64,000 nt of DNA from an uncultured Eubacteriales bacterium (GTDB taxonomy: Bacteria > Actinomycetota > Coriobacteriia > Anaerosomatales > JAAXUF01), in contig CAYMAN010000009.1 in assembly GCA_964388455.1 (NCBI GenBank), positions 9,711-73,710 on the forward strand, given 5' to 3'. Below are positions 20,059-27,748 of the stretch, piece after piece. Within the stretch, counting starts at the first letter, position 1. Every line of letters starts with the position of its first letter. A program made the translations under genes and the position numbers. Below the pieces are notes generated by a model, which saw only the letters and a program-made list of their open reading frames with translations, was not told where the DNA came from and searched no databases.

Positions 20059-21072
20059 CTAGCGCATCTCCTTGAACTGCTTGTGGCAATCCTCGCAGTA
20101 CTGCTTCTTGTGGCACTCGAGGCAGCGTGCCTCGTTCTCGCCCAACTTCGAGTGGCCGCCGATCCAGGTGTCGGTAGAGCCGTGGAAGTCCGGTCGCGTG
20201 GTGTGGCATTCCTGGCACTGCGCATCGGACACGTGGCAGAGCAGGCACTTGGGCCGATCCTTGAGCGCCTCGGCGCCGTGCTGCTTCATCCAGGTCTTCT
20301 TGGTGTGCAGCACCTCGATAGCCTTCAGGCTGGTCTGCATCGGCCGGGCGGTGAACACCGGCGTCTTGCCGGTGGTGTGACACATGGTGCACTGCGCAGC
20401 GGTATGGCAGGTCTCGATGCAGCCGTTCGCACCGACGCGCTGAACCACTGCGGGGTGATCGACCTTCCACTGCACAGCGGTCTCGCCCAGTGCGTGGTGG
20501 CAGGTGAAGCAGTCCGTGCTCTTCTTGGTGCCGACGTGGCAGCCGTACGACACGCACACGCCGGAAAACGGCATCTTCTTATGCTTCACCATCACGGTGG
20601 GCTGGTGCGCGGTCCACTTGTGACAGGTCACGCAGTCGCGCGTCTCGCTTGCAACGCGCATGTGCGCGGGGTGCGGGATGCGGCTGGTGCGCTTGATGTC
20701 GTCGCTCCGGTCCGTGATGTGACACGAGCGGCACGCATCGCGCGTCGGCCGATCGAACTTCAGGAACCTCGTGGGCGCGTTGCGGCTGAGCAGCCCGGCG
20801 TAGAACTCCGCCGAGACGGCCAGCTGGTAGCGGACCTGACCGCGCGCGGGGACGTGGCAGCTCGCGCACGGGATGTCCTGGTGCGTTGATGCGGCAAGTG
20901 TCGTCGAGCTTTTCGCCAGCGAGTGGAACCGGGAGAAGAACGCCGGTTGCGTCGCCGCGATCATCGGCAGGATGGCCAGCACGACCACGGCCACCAGGAT
21001 GCCGACGGCGATCCACTTCACGGTGAGCGGGTTGATCCCCCAGCGCGACTTCTTGGTCTCGTTCGGGCTCAT
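20059..21072 (-). CDS. Membrane-anchored cytochrome c, 9 CXXCH + CX4CH + CX3CH (paralogue)
   Basis: ATG 21072 lies 7 nt after the nrfD-like stop. One TM helix. CVSYGCH (20536-20556) and CIETCH (20404-20421). Confidence 0.9.
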   Translation of the reverse strand: MSPNETKKSRWGINPLTVKWIAVGILVAVVVLAILPMIAATQPAFFSRFHSLAKSSTTLAASTHQDIPCASCHVPARGQVRYQLAVSAEFYAGLLSRNAPTRFLKFDRPTRDACRSCHITDRSDDIKRTSRIPHPAHMRVASETRDCVTCHKWTAHQPTVMVKHKKMPFSGVCVSYGCHVGTKKSTDCFTCHHALGETAVQWKVDHPAVVQRVGANGCIETCHTAAQCTMCHTTGKTPVFTARPMQTSLKAIEVLHTKKTWMKQHGAEALKDRPKCLLCHVSDAQCQECHTTRPDFHGSTDTWIGGHSKLGENEARCLECHKKQYCEDCHKQFKEMR

Positions 21073-21079
21073 CGGCTGG

Positions 21080-22414
21080 TCACCCGACCTTGGCGGTGTC
21101 AGCGGCGAACTCGGGGGTCAACGCGGGTCCGCGGTGCGGCGTCGGCTCGGCGGCGGGCTCGAGCGCGGGCTCCGGCGGGTCGTAGGGCGACGGGCCGTGA
21201 TGCGCATGCTCGGCGAGCTCCTCCTCGGGCACGTGCAGCGGGAGGATCTTGGTGGCGGCCGTCATGATCAGCAGGCCGAACGATAGGATGAAGATCGCGA
21301 TGCCGACCTCGGTCAGGCTCGGCATATACGGCGGCGTGAACTGGCCGAGGGGGTTGACCGCGAAGCCCATCGCCATGAGCGAGTAGCGCTTGAGGAAGAT
21401 CGCGAGCACGTACATCGCCGCCGCGGTCAGCTGAACCGCCGGCAGATGTCGCGTGCTCTTGCGGGACAGCAGGATGAACGCGGTGATCCCGAGGATGAGC
21501 ACAGGGACAAAGGCGAACGCGTAGTCGCCGGTCAGGAACTCGGCGAAGCGGATGGTGTGGCCCGGCTTGGCCGAGGTCGGCCAGAAGATGGTGAGGATCT
21601 CAACGACCAGCAGGAAGAGGTCGATGATGATGACCGTCGCGAGCAGCGTCGAGAGGCTCCGGAACATGCTCGGCTTGAACTTGGTGACCTTCAGCTTCTG
21701 CATGATGTAGGCCGAGATCATCAGGAGTGCTATGCCCGACGCTGTGGCCGAGGTCAGGAAGATCGGGACCATGACGGCCGAGTTCCACAGCTCGCGCGAC
21801 TTGTTCATCGAGAGCACGAACGCCGTCGTGGTGTGGAGATAGACCGCGAACGGGAGCGCGATGAGCGTCATGCGGGTCGCGAGTTTCTCGCCGCCCTTGC
21901 CGGTGATGAGAATCCACAGGTCGACGAAGCAGATGATCATGTAGATGTTGGCCGCACTACCGGTGTAGACGAACGGCGAGGTCACGTTGGGCGTGAGCAG
22001 CATGTAGACCGCGCGCCACGGGCGCTCCATGTCCGTGATGATGCCCATGAGCGCCATCATGACCAGCACGCCGGCCTGCAGGACAGCGATACGGGAGAGC
22101 GGCCGGAACTGCTCGGCGCCAAAGAGGTGGACGCTGGCGTAGACCACGAGCCCGCCCGCCGAGAGCCCCACGTAGTACATATAGTTAGTGAACCAGAGGC
22201 CCCACGGGTAGTTGTCGCGCATCGCCATGACGGCGCCGCCTTCGGTCATCGCCGCGCCCCATGACATGAGGCCGAGGATGAGGCCGCAGCCGAGCAGCGA
22301 GACGAAGGCCCAGTAGCGCGGGCTCGCGTTCAGTACGGCGCCGACGTTCCAGTCGATGCCGATGAAGCGCTTGATGCCGGGTCGAGGTGTGGACACGAGA
22401 CTCACGCCCATCAC
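21080..22414 (-). CDS. NrfD/PsrC-family polytopic membrane (quinol-interacting) subunit
   Basis: A 444-aa protein with many TM helices and an NrfD-like N-terminus (YWAFVSLLG..., NYPWGLWFTNYMYYVGLSAGG). Start overlaps the upstream stop (ATGA). Confidence 0.9.
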   Translation of the reverse strand: MMGVSLVSTPRPGIKRFIGIDWNVGAVLNASPRYWAFVSLLGCGLILGLMSWGAAMTEGGAVMAMRDNYPWGLWFTNYMYYVGLSAGGLVVYASVHLFGAEQFRPLSRIAVLQAGVLVMMALMGIITDMERPWRAVYMLLTPNVTSPFVYTGSAANIYMIICFVDLWILITGKGGEKLATRMTLIALPFAVYLHTTTAFVLSMNKSRELWNSAVMVPIFLTSATASGIALLMISAYIMQKLKVTKFKPSMFRSLSTLLATVIIIDLFLLVVEILTIFWPTSAKPGHTIRFAEFLTGDYAFAFVPVLILGITAFILLSRKSTRHLPAVQLTAAAMYVLAIFLKRYSLMAMGFAVNPLGQFTPPYMPSLTEVGIAIFILSFGLLIMTAATKILPLHVPEEELAEHAHHGPSPYDPPEPALEPAAEPTPHRGPALTPEFAADTAKVG

Positions 22415-23367
22415 CCCACATACCAGATCATAGGTTCATTGCCGTACTCTTCCTTGAGCCGCATGACGCGGCGGGTCTTCAGCAGAATCGAGACCTCGCT
22501 CTCGGGGTCGTTCAGGTCCCCGAACTTGCGAGCGCCGACCGGACACGCCTCGGTGCAGGCGGTGGTGCCGCCGTTGCGCGTGCGCTGGACGCAGAAGGTG
22601 CACTTCTCCACGACGCCGGCCTTCTCATGGAGAGGGACCTTGGGGTTGATCTCGGCCTTAGGGACCTCGGGCTCGACCCAGTTGAAGTGCCGCGCGGCGT
22701 AGGGGCAGGTGACCATGCAGTTGCGGCACGCGATGCACTTGTCGTAGTCGATGACCACGATGCCGTCCGGGTCCTTCCAGGTCGCGATGACCGGGCACCC
22801 GTAGACGCACGTGGGCTTGGCGCACTGCATGCACTGGACGGGCAGGTACCACTTCTCGGGGTCGCCACCCTCTTTGTACTCGGCGTTGGAGTGCTCGAGG
22901 TCGAAGCCGCCCACGTCCATCTCGAGCACCTGGATGTAGGTGAAGCCGGAATTGCGGCCGATGTTGTTCTCCTTGACGCACGCGTAGACGCACTTGCGAC
23001 AGCCGATGCAGGCCTTCACGTCGATGACCATCGCCCAGTTCTGATCGCCGGGCTCATCGGCGTAGCTGACCGTGTGGCCGGGGTAGTTGACGGGGTGGTT
23101 CTCCTCGATGATGTGGTCGATCGCCTCGTTGCCGGTGGACTCACGCGCGGATTCCTCGGCGATGGCGACCTGCGGGAGGGCCGAGACCACCGCGGGGATG
23201 ACGCCCGCTGCCACGACGCCGGCGCCGATGCCGAGACTCTCGAGGAAGCGTCGGCGCGAGACCGTGTGGCCGGGCTCGCAGGCTCCCGGCTGACACGCAC
23301 CCGGTTCAGGAGCGCCGGGTACGGTTGCACCGGGCTGCTGCGCCCCGGGCACGATGGGCTTGCTCAT
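22411..23367 (-). CDS. Tat-exported 4x[4Fe-4S] ferredoxin-type subunit (NrfC/PsrB/HybA/ActB-like)
   Basis: ATG 23367 overlaps the upstream stop (ATGA). Twin-arginine motif SRRRFLESLG. Four Cys clusters: CIGCRKCVYAC, CMQCAKPTCVYGCP, CIACRNCMVTCP, CTFC...CTEACP. Confidence 0.9.
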   Translation of the reverse strand: MSKPIVPGAQQPGATVPGAPEPGACQPGACEPGHTVSRRRFLESLGIGAGVVAAGVIPAVVSALPQVAIAEESARESTGNEAIDHIIEENHPVNYPGHTVSYADEPGDQNWAMVIDVKACIGCRKCVYACVKENNIGRNSGFTYIQVLEMDVGGFDLEHSNAEYKEGGDPEKWYLPVQCMQCAKPTCVYGCPVIATWKDPDGIVVIDYDKCIACRNCMVTCPYAARHFNWVEPEVPKAEINPKVPLHEKAGVVEKCTFCVQRTRNGGTTACTEACPVGARKFGDLNDPESEVSILLKTRRVMRLKEEYGNEPMIWYVG

Positions 23368-24116
23368 GTGCGTGCCCTTCCTAGTATCAGCCAGCCGATG
23401 AGACCGGCGGCGATGACGATGAGGACCGAGGCTCCGAGGGTGAGCCACAACGGCGTGTGCACCGGCGGCGCGACGGGCGGAGATGCGAGCGGCGTGAACA
23501 CAGCGCGTTCCGAGACCGCGCGCACCTGGAAACCGGTGCCGACAAACGGAAGCAGCGGACCGGCGTAGATCCACTGCGGGCTGTGCGGGTCGTGACACCC
23601 TGCGGCGGTGCACTTGGCGAGCCGCTTGCCGTGGGTGCCGGCCAGCCACTCCTTGTACTTGGGCGAGTGGCACTTCTCGCAGACCCTGGCGACGTCGCCC
23701 TTGATGTCGACGGTGGTGCCGTCCATGGTCTTGAGCTTGCCGGGGTTCTTGGCGGCGTCGTCGTGGCAGACGAGACACGCCTCGCCTTCCGCGGCCAGTC
23801 GATCGTGACCGACGAGCTTGACCTGATGCCCCTTGAAGTCGTTGGGCAGCTTCTTGGTCGGCTTTCCGCCCGCGCCCATGACCACCGGATGGCAGTCCGT
23901 GCACGGGTAGAAGAACAGATCGCCCGAGGCGGCCTGCCCGGCAAACGCCGCGGGCGCGGTCGCCAGAACAACCGATGCGACCAAAACGAGAAGTAGGGAA
24001 ACAACTACGAAAGCCCCGCGTGACCAGGGGCGGCTCCGGGCCGTGAGTCCCGGATCTGTGAACGAATGCTGCACGTCTATGGTATTGACACCACCTTGGT
24101 CGCGAGTTGTTCCCAC
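23364..24116 (-). CDS. Tetrahaem cytochrome c3-like protein with signal peptide and C-terminal TM anchor
   Basis: GTG start. Signal peptide ending AFA-GQ. Haem motifs CTDCH, CLVCH, CEKCH and CTAAGCH (CX4CH, 23592-23612). The C-terminal hydrophobic helix is LWLTLGASVLIVIAAGLIGWLIL. Confidence 0.85.
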   Translation of the reverse strand: MGTTRDQGGVNTIDVQHSFTDPGLTARSRPWSRGAFVVVSLLLVLVASVVLATAPAAFAGQAASGDLFFYPCTDCHPVVMGAGGKPTKKLPNDFKGHQVKLVGHDRLAAEGEACLVCHDDAAKNPGKLKTMDGTTVDIKGDVARVCEKCHSPKYKEWLAGTHGKRLAKCTAAGCHDPHSPQWIYAGPLLPFVGTGFQVRAVSERAVFTPLASPPVAPPVHTPLWLTLGASVLIVIAAGLIGWLILGRART

Positions 24117-24175
24117 ACGATCAAGGACGAGACTAGCACCGCCCCTGACCTCCCCTATTCGCGAGTGATTACCGT

Positions 24176-24193
24176 ATTGTTAGCATTGTGTTA
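24176..24193. promoter_or_regulatory. Candidate response-regulator/promoter element (direct repeat in an AT-rich patch)
   Basis: ATTGTTA-gc-ATTGTGTTA lies inside the only AT-rich stretch of the 24117-24260 divergent intergenic region. This is a tentative call. Confidence 0.25.
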
Positions 24194-24260
24194 ATGCCCA
24201 TTCCGACGTCGTCGGCTATGGTCAGGCATGAAAAGTGCCGCGGTTTCCAAAGGAGCGCAC

Positions 24261-24944
24261 GTGACCAAACGCGTTCTGGTCGTCGATGACGAGGAATCGA
24301 TCCTCAAGGTGGTCTCCTACGCCCTGTCGCAAGCGGGCTATGAGGTCCACACCGCCGCCGACGGCACCGGCGCCGAGTTCATGTTCTCCGAGGTCAAACC
24401 GGATCTCGTCATCCTCGACGTCATGCTGCCCGGCAAGTCCGGACTCGACGTCGCACGCGACCTGCGGACGCACTCCAATACCCCCATCATCATGCTCTCC
24501 GCGCGCGGGGACGAGGTCGACCGCATCCTCGGCCTCGAGTTTGGCGCCGATGACTACGTCACCAAGCCGTTCTCGCCTCGCGAGCTCGTCAGTCGCGTCA
24601 AAGCGATCCTGCGTCGCGTCGACACCGTCCCGGACGCTGCCGCGTGCCTCCAGGTGGGCGACCTCGAGATCGACACGCTCGCTCGGCAGGTGAAGTTGTC
24701 GGGGCAGGCGATGCACCTGACCAGCTCCGAGTACGGCATCCTGCTGTATCTCGCCCGGCACCCCGGCACCGCGTACTCGCGCCAGGCGATCCTCTCGGCG
24801 TTGTGGGAGGAGTCACCGGTGGGCGACGAGCGCGCGGTCGACGTACACATTCACAACATCCGCGAGAAGATCGAGGAAGATCCCAAGAACCCGACGTATC
24901 TGCTCACGGTCCGTGGCTACGGGTACCGGCTGAGAGAGTCGTAG
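24261..24944 (+). CDS. OmpR/PhoB-family response regulator
   Basis: GTG 24261 follows AAAGGAG. Receiver domain (VLVVDDE, DLVILDVMLPG) plus a winged-helix output domain (LLTVRGYGYRL). Confidence 0.9.
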   Translation: MTKRVLVVDDEESILKVVSYALSQAGYEVHTAADGTGAEFMFSEVKPDLVILDVMLPGKSGLDVARDLRTHSNTPIIMLSARGDEVDRILGLEFGADDYVTKPFSPRELVSRVKAILRRVDTVPDAAACLQVGDLEIDTLARQVKLSGQAMHLTSSEYGILLYLARHPGTAYSRQAILSALWEESPVGDERAVDVHIHNIREKIEEDPKNPTYLLTVRGYGYRLRES

Positions 24945-24951
24945 GCCCGCC

Positions 24952-26736
24952 ATGCCGAGGAAGCCGTGGCGCGCGTCGATCCGCCTGTGGCAGACTTCGC
25001 TGTTCGTCGCCGTCATCATGGTCGCGATCCTGATTCTGTCCGGATCGCTCTCGGCGGGGCTCAAGACCACGTTGACTCAGATGTCTGAGGCAAACGAGCT
25101 GCGCAACGCATCCGCGCTCGCGCGCCGGCTCGAGGCCGAGTTCCCGCTTACCGCAGCGAGCATCGAGCGCGTGCGCCAGGACCTGCTTGAGTATCGCGAC
25201 ATATATGGGTCGAGCATCTGGGTCTACAACGCGTCGGGCCGACTCATCGACTCGGCCAATGACAGCGGGCCGGGTCAGGAGGCGCTCGACGCCGCCCGCG
25301 CGGCCGTGAAAGCCGGCGACACCGCCTATGCGACCGTCGACCTGCGCGCGGGTGGGTGGGTCGTCGCCGCCAAGCCGATCATCGCCGCCGACGGCAAGAC
25401 TGAAGGCACCGTGGTGACCGCCGGCTCCGTGGCCGATTCGCTCGCAATCCTCGCCGCGGTCCGCTTCCGGCTGTGGATCACCTTCTGGGTATCCCTGCTG
25501 GTGGCCGGGTCGCTCGGCTACTGGTTCTCGTCGCTGATGGGCAAGCGCATCCGCGAGATGTCGGAGGCCGCCATCGCGATCGCCGACGGCGACTTCGAGC
25601 AGCGCCTCCCGACCGGGTACGTGCCGGATGAGATCTACGACCTCGCCGACTCCTACAACCGCATGGCCGTGAGCCTGGGCGAGGCGTTCGGCGCGGTGCA
25701 GGAGAGCCAGCAACGACTGTCAGCCGTGGTCGCGTCGATGGCCGAGGGGCTCGTGTCGTTTGACTCCAAGGGCGTCGTGCGCGTCATCAACCAGGAGGCC
25801 GCTCTGCTGCTAGGGCTGGGCAATCCCGGCGACGGAATCGACCGTGAACTCGTAGGCACACCCGCCGAGGAGTTGGCCCCCGATGCAGAGGTGCTCGATA
25901 TCATCCGCACGGGACTCGTCGGCGACAGCGTCGCCAAGACCGTGGGCCTGGGCGGCTACACCGTGCTGCTGCACTGCACGCCACTGATCGGTACCACCGG
26001 CAACCTGCGTGGCGCCGTGCTCCTGCTCGCCGACGTGACCGAACAGCAGCGCATCGAAGACGCGCAGCGCCGCTTCATCGCCGACGCGAGCCACGAGATG
26101 CGCACGCCGCTCGCAGCACTCAAGGGCATCCTCGAGCTGCTCATCGACGGCGCCGCCGAGGATCCTGCCGTCCGAGACGACTTCCTCTCGACGATGCAGT
26201 TCGAGGCCGACCGTTTGGGCCGCCTCGTCACCGACCTGCTCACACTCGCACAACTCGAGGCCGGTAGCCTGCAGCTCAAGGTCACCTCGGAGTCCGCAGC
26301 CGACCTGCTCGGCAGCGTCGCCAGCGTCATGAACACCCTGGCCGAGCGCGCCGGAGTCACACTCGCGGTCGACCTCCCCGACGGCGACGTCCGCGTGATG
26401 GCCGACCGCGATCGCGCCGTACAGGTCCTGCTCAGCTTCACCGACAACGCCCTCAAGCACTCCCCCCGAGGCTCGACCGTACGCCTGCGTGCCGTTCGCC
26501 GAGACGAGCGCGTCCTCTTGGCCGTAGCCGACGAGGGCTCCGGCATCAACGCCGAGGAGCTCACGCGCGTCTTCGAGCGTTTCTACCGGGCCGATGCTGC
26601 ACGCGCCGGCGGTGGCGGCGCGGGCCTGGGCCTCGCGATCGCCAAGGAGATCGTGGAAGCGCACGGCTCCAGCATCGAAGTGCACTCCGAGCCGGGCACG
26701 GGAACCACGTTCGGCTTCGAGCTGCCGATCGCGTAG
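24952..26736 (+). CDS. Sensor histidine kinase (two TM helices with an extracytoplasmic loop, then HAMP, PAS-like, HisKA, HATPase_c)
   Basis: H-box ADASHEMRTPL and the G-boxes GAGLGLAIAKE / GTGTTF. TM helices at about aa 12-35 and 160-185. Confidence 0.9.
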   Translation: MPRKPWRASIRLWQTSLFVAVIMVAILILSGSLSAGLKTTLTQMSEANELRNASALARRLEAEFPLTAASIERVRQDLLEYRDIYGSSIWVYNASGRLIDSANDSGPGQEALDAARAAVKAGDTAYATVDLRAGGWVVAAKPIIAADGKTEGTVVTAGSVADSLAILAAVRFRLWITFWVSLLVAGSLGYWFSSLMGKRIREMSEAAIAIADGDFEQRLPTGYVPDEIYDLADSYNRMAVSLGEAFGAVQESQQRLSAVVASMAEGLVSFDSKGVVRVINQEAALLLGLGNPGDGIDRELVGTPAEELAPDAEVLDIIRTGLVGDSVAKTVGLGGYTVLLHCTPLIGTTGNLRGAVLLLADVTEQQRIEDAQRRFIADASHEMRTPLAALKGILELLIDGAAEDPAVRDDFLSTMQFEADRLGRLVTDLLTLAQLEAGSLQLKVTSESAADLLGSVASVMNTLAERAGVTLAVDLPDGDVRVMADRDRAVQVLLSFTDNALKHSPRGSTVRLRAVRRDERVLLAVADEGSGINAEELTRVFERFYRADAARAGGGGAGLGLAIAKEIVEAHGSSIEVHSEPGTGTTFGFELPIA

Positions 26737-26906
26737 CACGCCGGGCACACGAGCGCCCTGTTGCAGTCCGCGATGCTCACGAAACCCTAACAAGACAGAA
26801 ACCGAGCGCGAACCTACGCCGCTTGGAACGGGGTCATATTCTCTGTAGCAACTTGAGACGGAATTCGCGTGTCCACCGGGCGGCGAATCGTTGGAGGGAA
26901 AAGGTC

Positions 26907-27470
26907 ATGGCAGTCTTCTTCGCAGGAATCCTCATCGTAGTCGGGCTCGTGAGCGCAGTCGCCGTCGCGGTCGCGGTCCCGCTCCTCTTCGGCCTTATGG
27001 CATTCGATGTGGCCGAGTCCCGCAAGAATGCGGTCGTCTCCCCCAAAGACGCACCGCTCCGTATCGCGGTCGAACGTGGCGTCGCTCGCGCTTTCGTCAT
27101 CGCCGGCGGTGCGTTCTGGTCAGTCGCGATGTTCATGGGCCTCACTTCCGGCGGCTCTTCCGGCGCCGTGATGCTGGGTGCGTTCGTACCGCTGGTCGCC
27201 GTGGCAGCCACGCTGATCATCGGCTGGTACTACGAGCGCGCCGCTGCGGTGCTGCTGGTCGCAGCTTCGTTCGCAGTGCTCGCATGGGGCGTCGTCTACC
27301 AGTTCGAGGCTGGCGTGTGGCTGATCATGACGTTCGCACTCCTCGGCCCGATGCTCACCGCAGCCGTGCTGTTCTGGATGGCCCGCACCGAGCAGGAGCA
27401 GTTCGAGTTCGCGATGGCCGCCAGCCCGCAGCTCGCCCCGATCTTCTCGGCAAGGAGCACGATCAGCTAA
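26907..27470 (+). CDS. Hypothetical integral membrane protein
   Basis: ATG 26907 follows GGAGGG. Multiple (about 5-6) hydrophobic helices. No recognised motif. Confidence 0.55.
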   Translation: MAVFFAGILIVVGLVSAVAVAVAVPLLFGLMAFDVAESRKNAVVSPKDAPLRIAVERGVARAFVIAGGAFWSVAMFMGLTSGGSSGAVMLGAFVPLVAVAATLIIGWYYERAAAVLLVAASFAVLAWGVVYQFEAGVWLIMTFALLGPMLTAAVLFWMARTEQEQFEFAMAASPQLAPIFSARSTIS

Positions 27471-27496
27471 TCCTCAACACACCGTAGTCCCCGCCT

Positions 27497-27526
27497 CGAA
27501 GGGCCGGCAGAGATGCCGGCCCTTCG
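27497..27526 (+). terminator. Stem-loop terminator candidate
   Basis: CGAAGGGCCGGC-agagat-GCCGGCCCTTCG: a perfect 12-bp stem 27 nt after the stop codon, with no T-tract. Confidence 0.55.
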
Positions 27527-27748
27527 TGTCGCGCGTCATGGCATCTCGCCACGGATGCCGGGCGTCGTGGCGGACATCCATCGGAGATCCAACCCCGCAT
27601 CACCGAGACTTCGTGGGCGAGAGTGGGTATAGGTGACGTTGCGGAACGCCCCTCTTCCGCGCAAACACTCGACACCAATCATTCAATGGGCGCTTCCGCA
27701 TGTTCGAGTGCGGCCTCAAACGGGGGCCGACGAACTGAGGGAGGAAGC

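Noticed and set aside
19192-20889. 565-aa ORF on the plus strand
   Set aside because: It is antisense to two cytochrome genes. The minus-strand products carry dense CXXCH motifs and TM anchors, while the plus-strand product is an Arg/Ala/Leu/Val repeat-like sequence.
23368-23904. 5' extension of the FeS-subunit ORF (track ORF 22411..23904, 497 aa)
   Set aside because: The extension overlaps the tetrahaem cytochrome gene in another frame and is Arg-rich. ATG 23367 gives a proper Tat signal and an ATGA overlap.
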